This document shows positions 1 to 8,794 of a stretch of DNA of 32,000 nucleotides, piece by piece. The notes under the pieces were generated by a model that saw only the letters and a program-made list of their open reading frames with translations, was not told the origin of the DNA and did not search any database. The DNA lies in NCBI RefSeq assembly GCF_000011805.1, contig NC_006840.2; one strand, written 5' to 3'. Source of the DNA: Aliivibrio fischeri ES114. GTDB lineage: Bacteria > Pseudomonadota > Gammaproteobacteria > Enterobacterales > Vibrionaceae. Made by a program: the position numbers and the translations under genes. The stretch's first letter is position 1. Every line of letters begins with the position of its first letter.

Positions 1-465
1 CTTGCCAATTATCAGGGTACGTTATTATTAGTAAGCCATGACCGTCAGTTTGTTGATAACACAGTTACGACAAGTTGGATCTTCGAAGGTGAGGGCCAGA
101 TCGAAGAATTCGTAGGTGGTTATCACGATGCACAGCAACAACGTGCTAATGTACAGGCCGCTCGTGATGCAATGGCACCTAAAGTAACTAAGAAGAAGCC
201 CGAAACTGTTGAAGTTAAAGAAACAGCAGTGCAAGCGAAACCAAAGAAATTATCTTATAAGTTGCAGCGTGAGCTTGAACAGCTACCTGAACTTTTAGAG
301 AAACTAGAAAACGAAATTACAGAACTTCAAGAGAAAGTGAACGACGCAACTTTCTTCCAACAAGAGCCGAAGGTAACTGAACCTGTATTGGCTCGCTTGG
401 CTCAAGCAGAGCAAGAGTTGGAAGTAGCATTCGAGCGTTGGGAAGAACTTGAAGCTCTACAATAG
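1..465 (+). CDS. uup: ABC-F ATPase Uup, C-terminal part (truncated by window start)
   Basis: Frame 1 is open from base 1: LANYQGTLLLVSHDRQFVDNTVTTSWIFEGEGQIEEFVGGY... (ABC-F H-loop region), followed by a Lys/Glu-rich coiled-coil tail typical of Uup. Confidence 0.9.
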   Translation, partial: LANYQGTLLLVSHDRQFVDNTVTTSWIFEGEGQIEEFVGGYHDAQQQRANVQAARDAMAPKVTKKKPETVEVKETAVQAKPKKLSYKLQRELEQLPELLEKLENEITELQEKVNDATFFQQEPKVTEPVLARLAQAEQELEVAFERWEELEALQ

Positions 466-473
466 GAAGTTAA

Positions 474-2111
474 ATGAGTAGTAAATTACAATTAACCACA
501 TTAGCTGTTTTGGTGTCTGCTGCGCTTCCTGCGCAAGCAGCACTTTATAAAGTGGTGGAAGTAGCTCCAGGTGTTTCTGGTAATGAAGTATATGGAACAG
601 CTATTCAACCAGGGGCCACAACTGATTCAAAAGGGTGTTTTGTTGATGATTGTGCTGAAGGGGCTAGTTATAAATTAGCAGGCGAAACTCGTAATCGTCC
701 TGATGGTTTTTCATATCGTGAAGAAGTTCCTTTCGCAATGGACAATTCATTTGCGTACATTGAAGATGATTACGATGGTTTTGAAGATTACTGTTTCTAT
801 CAATTAGGTTATGCTACGTGTGAATACTGGGCTTCTGATCGTTGGTCTAGTTGGTACAATGAGACATATAGTAGTAATACACCTAACTCATTAGCATTTA
901 TTGAAGGTACAGCGGTTCTACCTACTGATGCGAAAAATACAGTGATTAATTCACTTAATTCATCTGGTTCAGCTATTGGTAATTACAGTACTGCAACCGT
1001 TCGTAATACTCCTATTAATGGGGACATTACGGGATGGAAACAAGGGCGTCAATGGGCAACAAATGGAACTTACAGTGTTGGAAGCGTCTCTTCTCGTACA
1101 GGTACTGGCGGCGAACGTTATTATTATTTTTCAAAACCAGCAGTATGGAATGGAACAACTTTAAATGCAGTTAAATGGGCATATAATGATCAACAAGATG
1201 GAGATTATTACGCTCAAGGTAGTATGCGTGATTTATATGTGGATGGAACAACTTTTTATGGTGTTGGCTATAACAACTATAAAGACCAACATATGAATGC
1301 AACTATTTTTAAAGGAACGACTACAGATTTAACTAATCTTAACTCAGTTCAAATTAATAATGCTCAAGTAGATATTAGTGGTGATAATATTCACTCTAAC
1401 TCGGTAGCTACCAATATTAATAAGAACTTAGTTGTGGTTGGTCAAGCAAAACGTTCTGGTGGTTACCCGAAAAATGGTGCCGCATCGAATCGTTTGTTCA
1501 TTGTTCCTGATGCATCAGCAAGTTCAATTAATGCTTCCTTCTTCTATGGTGGTATCTTCTTTGATGGTGCTGGTGGTGAAATGGGTGGTATTAACAATTA
1601 CAATGAAATTGTTGGTCGTATTGACTCTGAGAATCACCGTGAATACGATGGCAAGCAACGTCGTCAACGTGCATTTATTTACCCGTATGGTGTAACACCT
1701 AAAGTAACAGTTCCTGCAGAAGTAACAGCAATTAATGATCGTAAAGCTATCTTTAAAAATAAAGCTTGGCTTCTTGATGATCTAACAAATGGTGGTTCTG
1801 AAAGCAGTAACAATAACCAATATCGTATCTATGATGCCAGTGACATCAATGATGCTGGTGTTATCTCAGCAACAGCAGTGAAATGTTCTGGTGGTTATGA
1901 CTCTACATCACATAACGCATATTGTGGAGATGGTAACGGAACTGAAAAAGTTGTGGCGGTTAAGTTAGTTCCAATTGCAGGATCTGATGCTTCTGCGATA
2001 GAACCTCGTAGCTATGATAGTACAGCAACTGAACGTAAAGGTGCTGGTTTAGGCTTTGGTGCTTTGACCATACTTGGTTTATTTGGTTTCATGCGCAAAC
2101 GAATTAAATAA
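474..2111 (+). CDS. DUF3466-family exported protein with C-terminal GlyGly-CTERM-like tail
   Basis: 545 aa; signal peptide MSSKLQLTTLAVLVSAALPAQA; C-terminus KGAGLGFGALTILGLFGFMRKRIK (Gly-rich, TM, basic); position downstream of uup and upstream of rmf matches the Vibrio family member. Confidence 0.7.
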   Translation: MSSKLQLTTLAVLVSAALPAQAALYKVVEVAPGVSGNEVYGTAIQPGATTDSKGCFVDDCAEGASYKLAGETRNRPDGFSYREEVPFAMDNSFAYIEDDYDGFEDYCFYQLGYATCEYWASDRWSSWYNETYSSNTPNSLAFIEGTAVLPTDAKNTVINSLNSSGSAIGNYSTATVRNTPINGDITGWKQGRQWATNGTYSVGSVSSRTGTGGERYYYFSKPAVWNGTTLNAVKWAYNDQQDGDYYAQGSMRDLYVDGTTFYGVGYNNYKDQHMNATIFKGTTTDLTNLNSVQINNAQVDISGDNIHSNSVATNINKNLVVVGQAKRSGGYPKNGAASNRLFIVPDASASSINASFFYGGIFFDGAGGEMGGINNYNEIVGRIDSENHREYDGKQRRQRAFIYPYGVTPKVTVPAEVTAINDRKAIFKNKAWLLDDLTNGGSESSNNNQYRIYDASDINDAGVISATAVKCSGGYDSTSHNAYCGDGNGTEKVVAVKLVPIAGSDASAIEPRSYDSTATERKGAGLGFGALTILGLFGFMRKRIK

Positions 2112-2128
2112 AACTTAATTAATAAGAT

Positions 2129-2168
2129 TAAGCCTGAAGTCACATTATGTGGCTTCAGGCTTTTTTTA
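2129..2168 (+). terminator. Rho-independent terminator after the DUF3466 gene
   Basis: AAGCCTGAAGTCACAT/ATGTGGCTTCAGGCTT stem followed by T-run. Confidence 0.85.
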
Positions 2169-2311
2169 TACTTGAAAAACACACAAAATTAGCCGATTCT
2201 TAATATTGTCATCATGAAATGTTCATGATGAACCCTAACTAAATAAAAGGGTGAAGTAGTAAAGTAGTACATTTATGAAGCAACATGCTTTCCATCTATG
2301 AGGACTGAACT

Positions 2312-2485
2312 ATGAAGAGACAAAAGCGTGACCGTTTAGAGCGAGCACAATCACAAGGGTATAAAGCAGGCTTAAATGGCCGCTCATCAGAGCACTGCCC
2401 ATATCAATCAATGGATGCTCGTTCATGTTGGCTTGGAGGCTGGCGGGACGCAAGAGACGACAAACAGTCCGGTTTGTTTAAGTAA
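2312..2485 (+). CDS. rmf: Ribosome modulation factor, 57 aa (not in supplied ORF track)
   Basis: Translated by hand: MKRQKRDRLERAQSQGYKAGLNGRSSEHCPYQSMDARSCWLGGWRDARDDKQSGLFK*; strong RMF signature; upstream AGGA. Confidence 0.95.
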   Translation: MKRQKRDRLERAQSQGYKAGLNGRSSEHCPYQSMDARSCWLGGWRDARDDKQSGLFK

Positions 2486-2510
2486 ACCCATAAAATAAAA
2501 AGAATTTTAA

Positions 2511-2543
2511 AATTAAAGCCTCTATATGAGGCTTTAATTTTTT
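2511..2543 (+). terminator. Terminator after rmf
   Basis: ATTAAAGCCTC-tatat-GAGGCTTTAAT followed by T-run. Confidence 0.85.
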
Positions 2544-2646
2544 CTAGAGTTTACGAAAAACGAGTTTAAGTAATCTAACACTTAGAGTAGGCAACATATG
2601 TTATAAAACAGTACTAACGCACTATAACTTATGGGAAGGGCGATAA

Positions 2647-2671
2647 AAAAAGCTAGCACGAAGCTAGCTTT
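2647..2671 (-). terminator. Terminator of fabA
   Basis: AAAAGCTAGC/GCTAGCTTTT inverted repeat; on the minus strand it is followed by TTTTTT. Confidence 0.75.
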
Positions 2672-2692
2672 TAATCATTCTAAAAAATTTAA

Positions 2693-3211
2693 TTAGAATG
2701 CAGATGTATCTTGGAAAAGACCAACTTTAAGGTCTTTTGCAACGTAGATTTCTTTACCATCAACAAGTACACGACCATCAGCTAGGCCCATAACCAGTTT
2801 ACGGTTAATAACACGTTTGAAATCGATTTCGTAAGTTACTTTTTTCGCAGTAGGAAGTACTTGGCCTGTGAATTTAACTTCACCCACACCTAAAGCTCGA
2901 CCTTTACCTTCGCCGCCAATCCAGCCAAGGAAGAAACCAACTAATTGCCACATAGCATCAAGGCCAAGACAGCCAGGCATTACTGGGTCGCCAGGGAAGT
3001 GACAATCAAAGAACCAAAGATCTGGAGTAATATCTAACTCTGCGATCACTTTACCTTTACCAAATGCGCCTTCAGTTTCAGACATCAGAGGGATACGATC
3101 CATCATTAGCATGTTTGGTGCTGGTAGTTGTGGACCATTTGGGCCAAATAATTCGCCACGGCTTGATGCTAGTAAATCTTCGCGATCATAAGAACTAGGT
3201 TTGTTTTGCAT
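2693..3211 (-). CDS. fabA: 3-hydroxydecanoyl-[ACP] dehydratase/isomerase FabA
   Basis: 172 aa; [34 protein letters not shown] active-site region. Confidence 0.97.
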   Translation of the reverse strand: MQNKPSSYDREDLLASSRGELFGPNGPQLPAPNMLMMDRIPLMSETEGAFGKGKVIAELDITPDLWFFDCHFPGDPVMPGCLGLDAMWQLVGFFLGWIGGEGKGRALGVGEVKFTGQVLPTAKKVTYEIDFKRVINRKLVMGLADGRVLVDGKEIYVAKDLKVGLFQDTSAF

Positions 3212-3276
3212 TAAAGTATTACTCCTAAATAAGTTGCAGAAATTCTAGCTAACACTTGTACTCATATCAAGTCGGA

Positions 3277-4947
3277 TCAGCGCTGGTTAAACCAGTGTTT
3301 AATTCGACATAATAAGGCGGAACAATGAGTTGGATGATGTTCAACATCTTCAATATGTTGAGCAATTAAAGAGAAAACAGACTCATGTTCTTCTGACTGT
3401 AGTGGTAGCCCCAATAAAATCTCAACTGCTTCTTCAACGTTATTTACAGGGTAGATTGTAAATAAGTTGTCTTCTACAGCTTGAACGACATCATCGGAAA
3501 GTACAAGATTAATTCCATTTGTTGCTGGGATAATAACACCTTGTTCACCCGTTAACCCACGTTTTTGGCATAACTGGTAAAAGGCCTCAATTTTTTCGTT
3601 AACACCGCCAATAGGCTGAGCAGAACCAAACTGATCAACCGAGCCTGTAATGGCGATACTCTGAGTTATTGGTTTAATTGATAGGGCACTTAATAATGCG
3701 CACAGTTCAGCTAAGCTCGCGCTGTCACCATCAACTTCACAATAAGATTGTTCAAATACCATTGAAGCGGTAAAAGGTAAAGGTTCACGAGAATCAAGTT
3801 GGCTTAAGATATAAGCTTGCATGATCAACATGCCTTTAGCATGAATATTACCACCAAGTTCCACTTTGCGCTCAACATCAGATAGTTCACCATCACCAGT
3901 ATGTACAACACAAGAAATGCGTGAAGCTTCACCATAAGAAATAGGGTGCCCTGGAACAGATACGACGGTTAGCCCGTTAATTTGGCCAACTTTTTCACCT
4001 TGTGTTTCAATAAGAATATTGTTTTCAAGAATATCGTCTAACGCTCGTGATGGTAAATAAGATTCAATATAGTATTTAGATTCAATCGCTCGAATAAAAT
4101 CGGCTGCACAAATAGTTGTTTTTGACTCAGAAGCTAATGAAGCATGAGCTAGAAATGAATTTAACCAAATTAAACATAAGTTTAATCGAGTTTGATCTTC
4201 ACACTCACGCGCACCAACTTTTAATAAAGGCAATAGCGATAGGCCATCATTTAATGGTAAATGTCCGTTATCGACTAATATCGTATTAATGAGTTGAACG
4301 TAAGCAGTTACGCTGTCACTTGATATTTTTGTATCAAATTCGTACTCAGAGTACATTGACATGCCGGCAAGTAAGTCGGGTTCTAACTGTTCAATTTCAC
4401 CTAATAAAGCTCGGTCACCAACGATGAGTAATTTTACATCGACAGACAGTTGGTGGTTTGTTGCTTTAGGTGATTTAAGATCACTTGAAGGAATCGTTAT
4501 AGAACTGCCTTGAAGTACGCTTTTTAATCTAGGCCATAAGTATGGATTAGCAAGTAAGATACTTGGCGATATAATTAAAAAACCACCATTAGCTTGCTGA
4601 AGTAAGCCTGATTCTAAACTGTCAGATTTATTATGATAGATACCAAATAGCTCTGCTTCAGATGCACTTTCAGCAATAATGATTGGTACATCAGTATCCT
4701 GATCAACACGGTTCTTGCTATTATTCTTTAGCCATGTAGCTGCATATTCACGATAAACTCGATTATCTAATGCGGTTAGCTGAAGTATATTAATGCCATT
4801 GATTTGAGAGAAATTCGTCAGTGCTTGAACTAATCGAGGTTGCAAAGAGTAGGCGTCTTGAACTTCAGATAAGAGTGCATTATTCAAATCGTTTTCGATA
4901 TGCGCGAAATTTGGTGAAATTGTAAATGGCGTGTCTACTAACTGCAT
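3277..4947 (-). CDS. Lon-family putative ATP-dependent protease (YcbZ/LonH-like)
   Basis: C-terminal Lon peptidase domain with EVDGDSASLAELCALLSAL (Ser) and PIGGVNEKIEAFYQLC (Lys); no recognisable Walker A in the N-terminal part; located between fabA and matP as in enterics/vibrios. Confidence 0.85.
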   Translation of the reverse strand: MQLVDTPFTISPNFAHIENDLNNALLSEVQDAYSLQPRLVQALTNFSQINGINILQLTALDNRVYREYAATWLKNNSKNRVDQDTDVPIIIAESASEAELFGIYHNKSDSLESGLLQQANGGFLIISPSILLANPYLWPRLKSVLQGSSITIPSSDLKSPKATNHQLSVDVKLLIVGDRALLGEIEQLEPDLLAGMSMYSEYEFDTKISSDSVTAYVQLINTILVDNGHLPLNDGLSLLPLLKVGARECEDQTRLNLCLIWLNSFLAHASLASESKTTICAADFIRAIESKYYIESYLPSRALDDILENNILIETQGEKVGQINGLTVVSVPGHPISYGEASRISCVVHTGDGELSDVERKVELGGNIHAKGMLIMQAYILSQLDSREPLPFTASMVFEQSYCEVDGDSASLAELCALLSALSIKPITQSIAITGSVDQFGSAQPIGGVNEKIEAFYQLCQKRGLTGEQGVIIPATNGINLVLSDDVVQAVEDNLFTIYPVNNVEEAVEILLGLPLQSEEHESVFSLIAQHIEDVEHHPTHCSALLCRIKHWFNQR

Positions 4948-5127
4948 GCTTACTTATGACTAAAAAATAAAATCGATTATACATGACATAATGTAAAACG
5001 TCTGATTTTTCAGAGCTTACATTAGCAATTAGATCAGAATCTCATATTTGTTGTTATTTAATTGAACTTGCCAGTGTCTACAGTTACACTGTCACCCAAC
5101 ATTTTCTTTTATAACGAGTGACTTATT

Positions 5128-5574
5128 ATGAAATACCAACAACTTGAAAACCTAGAAGCTGGTTGGAAATGGATGTATTTGTTCAATAAGCACCGTATGG
5201 GAGAATCTATTACTTGTTATATTGATTCAAGTGAACAAAAAAAGTGGGTTGATGAGTTTGTAAAACTTGAACATGAACCCGTTAAAGCGCTTGAGTGGAT
5301 TCAAAAACACATGAATCCAGATCTTGAAAATAAACTTAAACAAGCAATAAGAGCGAAACGTAAACGTCATTTTAATGCAGAACAAGAACATACACGCAAG
5401 AAATCGATAGATCTTGATTATCGAGTATGGGAAAAGCTTTCATTAAGAGCACAAGATTTAGATTCAACGCTATCAGATACCATCGAATATTTACTTAGTG
5501 AAGCGTCAAAAACAGAAAAGGTTAGCCGAACTGTTTCTTCATTAAAAGCAGACTTACATGAGCTCCTGAAATAG
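5128..5574 (+). CDS. matP: Macrodomain Ter protein MatP
   Basis: 148 aa MKYQQLENLEAGWKWMYLFNKHRMGESITCYI...; next to the lon-like gene. Confidence 0.92.
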   Translation: MKYQQLENLEAGWKWMYLFNKHRMGESITCYIDSSEQKKWVDEFVKLEHEPVKALEWIQKHMNPDLENKLKQAIRAKRKRHFNAEQEHTRKKSIDLDYRVWEKLSLRAQDLDSTLSDTIEYLLSEASKTEKVSRTVSSLKADLHELLK

Positions 5575-5585
5575 GAGGTTTTTTC
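5563..5585 (+). terminator. Short terminator overlapping matP stop
   Basis: CTCCT-gaaat-AGGAGGTTTTTTC. Confidence 0.45.
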
Positions 5586-5608
5586 ATTGCTCCTAATGCA
5601 CTATAACT

Positions 5609-5644
5609 TGATTGAGTTATTTAATTAATCAAATAACTCAATCA
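5609..5644. terminator. Hairpin between convergent matP and yceB-like genes
   Basis: TGATTGAGTTATTT-aattaatc-AAATAACTCAATCA perfect 14-bp arms; one arm lies inside the 3' end of the minus-strand ORF. Confidence 0.5.
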
Positions 5645-6179
5645 CTAGCTTATTGTTTTTTATAACTAAATTAGGTTCTGAGGACTTAATAAGAGATTCT
5701 TTAAGCTTATTAGAATCGAGCTTATATGCTGGTTCATTTGAAAGTGCGTAGCCAATAATTGAAACCGCAGGCTTTAAAAGAGCAGCAATATCTTGCGGTA
5801 ATTCGCCATTTTGATCTTCAAATTTTTCTAATTTAAGTGCTTTTAAATAAATTTCACCTGTTTTTTTATCGTATTCAGGAATCGCACTGAACTCTAGAGA
5901 TAAAGCTAAATTCTGGGTGAGTTGATTCATGATCTCAACATCAGCGGTTGTATTTGCATAAACAGCAATTCGATTAGCATCTACACGGCCAATAGTGACG
6001 TTAACATCCTCAACATTTACTTGCGCATAAAGCACGCCAGGGATACCGACAGATTTTTCAACATGAACTTCATTAGAAAGATAATCTGTCATTTCTTGTT
6101 CTGTAACTGAATAACTAGCACATCCAGATAATGAAAGAACACAAGACAGAGATAATAGCATTGATTTACAGTGATTCAT
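5625..6179 (-). CDS. DUF1439 (YceB-like) lipoprotein
   Basis: Probable start at internal Met (MNHCKSMLLSLSCVLSLSGCASY), lipobox LSGC; ORF track start at 6218 is likely over-extended. Confidence 0.7.
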   Translation of the reverse strand: MNHCKSMLLSLSCVLSLSGCASYSVTEQEMTDYLSNEVHVEKSVGIPGVLYAQVNVEDVNVTIGRVDANRIAVYANTTADVEIMNQLTQNLALSLEFSAIPEYDKKTGEIYLKALKLEKFEDQNGELPQDIAALLKPAVSIIGYALSNEPAYKLDSNKLKESLIKSSEPNLVIKNNKLVIELFD

Positions 6180-6706
6180 GGAAGTCCCATATTGAATAGT
6201 AATTAGGTATTGTGACAATGTAACTATTTAAAAATATCGGATACAGTTTACTGGTAGATTAAAGTAATAACAAATTAAAACGTAAGATATCACCAAGTAT
6301 TGACTTAAAGTGTCATGATAACTTAGTAGAACGAGTGAATAGTAAAAATGACGATACGCCTTAAATGAGCGATTTAAAGAAATGAATCAGTAAACAGAAA
6401 GCTAAGACAGTACCAGAAGTATTAAAGAAACTTGAAACCATATAGAAACTAATAAAAAATAGCATTTTAGAGCCGGTTTGATCTGATAATTAACCTAATA
6501 CCTTAGTGCGCATTATGTATATTATGTTAAATAGGCTTTAGGGTTAATATAGATTGTTGCTTGTAATACTGCACTATCTCTTGTCTTCACAGCTTTTAGC
6601 TTCAATTTAACCATAATCGTATTTACCATAAAATAGCTAATAATCATTAAATAATACTTCGTATTTATCTATTGATTATTAGCCTCATTCTTACAAGCTA
6701 AGTTAC

Positions 6707-8791
6707 TTAACAACTGTATTTGATTAAAATATCTGATAAGTCTTTTGCTCTGATTGGTTTTGATATGAAATCGTTCATACCAGCTTCCAAACACATTTCT
6801 TTTTCTGTCTCCATTGCATGAGCTGTGATTGCTATTATAGGCAGCTCTATACCTAACTTTCTTAATTCAGTTGTTGCACTGATGCCATCTTTAACTGGCA
6901 TCGATACATCCATAAGAACCACATCAAAAAAACAACCGTTTGTCTGATGTTTAAATATTGAAATGGCCTCTTCACCATTACTGACTATTGATACATGGTG
7001 ACCTTGTTTTTCTAGCAATATCTGAAGAACCGCCTGATTTGCTTTATTATCTTCTGCTAACAAGATATTTAAGCTACGCTGATTAACCAATTCTTTAGCT
7101 TCATTATTTAATTGTTTCGGTAAATCGCTGATTTCTTTTAAAGGCAGAGTTATTTTAAAAGTACTGCCTATATTTAATCGGCTCTCTACTGTTATCGTTC
7201 CTTGCATTAATTCAACTAAGCGCTTAATAATGGCTAAACCAAGACCAGTTCCACCGTATTTTCTAGTTATTGAACTGTCTGCTTGCACAAATGGTTTAAA
7301 CAATTGCTCTAATGTTGTTGAAGCAATGCCGATACCGGTATCACTAACTGATATGGATATTGAATTATTAGGTAGCTTCTCGATCTTAACAGCGACATGT
7401 CCATGATTAGTGAATTTAATTGCATTACCAACTAAATTGAAGATTACTTGGGATAACCTGGTTGCATCAGCAAAAACATATTTAGGTACATTTTGTGACG
7501 CCGTAACAGTTAAAGTTATTCCTTTATCTTTAGCTCTTGTATCTAGAAAATTAATAGATGTATTTAAAGATCTTAATAAATCAATTGGTTGTTCATTTAA
7601 AACAAATGTTCCCGCTTCAATCCTAGATATATCAAGTACATCACTGATTATTGTAAGCAGCAATTGAGAGGAACTTTCCATTTGATTTAACCAATCTAAT
7701 TGTTCTTCAGAAAGCAAGCTACTATGAAACACATCAACAAGACCAAGTATTGAGTTTAATGGTGTTCTAATTTCATGGCTCATCATAGCTAAAAATTGTG
7801 ATTTTGCTTTATTGGCTTTTTCAGCTTCAGTTTTAGCGGTTTGAATATCTCTGATTCGTTTTTTTCTCGCTGAAATATCTTTGGCCGTACCTCGGTAACC
7901 AACAAAAGTACCAAACTCATCAAAAAATGGTTTACCACTCAGGCTTAACCAAACTTTATTATTGAAAATATCAGGGTTCCATTCAACTTCGTGAAATGGC
8001 ACAAGCCTCTTCTCTGATTCAATTATCGTAGAATTAATGAAATCATTACTGATCAAGCTAAGTAGATTTTGAGAGATGATTGATGTGTTATTTATTTTGG
8101 TATCAGACAAGTAGGTAAAATTAAATTGAGGATCCGTTTCCCAAAACCAGTCACCAACGGTTTCAGCAAAGTCTTGAAATCGCTCTTTACTTAGAAAAAG
8201 TTCTTTTGTCTTCAGTGAAACCATCGCATTGAGGCGTTCTTTATAATCAATATCAATTACTGCTCGCTCAACTAATGGCATAAAGCGTTCTATTTTCTCT
8301 TTCTCGAGAGTTGAATAAGCCCCAAACTTAGAACATGCTAAAATAATAACAGCATAGCCAGAATGAGACTTTAAACCACATATTGCTACAGAAGAAAATA
8401 AGCTCTGTAATTCTGTATTTTTGAATAGAAATTCATTTGTTTTATGCGGTTGAAATAAGATGATAGTTTCATCATGACAGGCTCGATGAAAAAGATCGTT
8501 ATAACGCCATGTTAAATGATCGAAATACGGATTTGTTGATGCTAATACAGAGAAACTGTCTTTATCTGTAGATGAAACCACAATAGCATTATCGAATTCG
8601 ACAAATTCCTTAATGACATTTAATAAACCATTAAAAATATCTTCTTTTGTTTGAGCATCTGAAATTGCAGATACCCCTCGCAAAATAACTTGGTTTTCTT
8701 TATGAAGTTGGGCTTCACGTTCTTTACTTCGCTTTAATTCCAACAGTATCTCTTGAAATTGTTCTTTTTCAGAATGATTTTTCACAGACAA
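6707..8791 (-). CDS. Hybrid sensor histidine kinase (GAF-like/PAS-HisKA-HATPase_c-REC)
   Basis: 694 aa; phospho-acceptor MMSHEIRTPLNSILG; N-box SQVIFNLVGNAIKFT; G-boxes SDTGIGI and YGGTGLGLAI; receiver NILLAEDNKANQ...VVLMDVSMPVKDG. Starts 3 bp after the FIST gene stop. Confidence 0.9.
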   Translation of the reverse strand: MSVKNHSEKEQFQEILLELKRSKEREAQLHKENQVILRGVSAISDAQTKEDIFNGLLNVIKEFVEFDNAIVVSSTDKDSFSVLASTNPYFDHLTWRYNDLFHRACHDETIILFQPHKTNEFLFKNTELQSLFSSVAICGLKSHSGYAVIILACSKFGAYSTLEKEKIERFMPLVERAVIDIDYKERLNAMVSLKTKELFLSKERFQDFAETVGDWFWETDPQFNFTYLSDTKINNTSIISQNLLSLISNDFINSTIIESEKRLVPFHEVEWNPDIFNNKVWLSLSGKPFFDEFGTFVGYRGTAKDISARKKRIRDIQTAKTEAEKANKAKSQFLAMMSHEIRTPLNSILGLVDVFHSSLLSEEQLDWLNQMESSSQLLLTIISDVLDISRIEAGTFVLNEQPIDLLRSLNTSINFLDTRAKDKGITLTVTASQNVPKYVFADATRLSQVIFNLVGNAIKFTNHGHVAVKIEKLPNNSISISVSDTGIGIASTTLEQLFKPFVQADSSITRKYGGTGLGLAIIKRLVELMQGTITVESRLNIGSTFKITLPLKEISDLPKQLNNEAKELVNQRSLNILLAEDNKANQAVLQILLEKQGHHVSIVSNGEEAISIFKHQTNGCFFDVVLMDVSMPVKDGISATTELRKLGIELPIIAITAHAMETEKEMCLEAGMNDFISKPIRAKDLSDILIKYSC

Positions 8792-8794
8792 TAC

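Noticed and set aside
28-234. ORF 28..234 (68 aa, minus-like product in + listing)
   Set aside because: Overlaps the uup reading frame that is open from base 1 with strong ABC-F similarity; product has no recognisable features.
976-1695. Alternative-frame ORFs inside the DUF3466 gene (976..1164, 1432..1695)
   Set aside because: Fully nested in a well-supported CDS with signal peptide; low-complexity out-of-frame translation.
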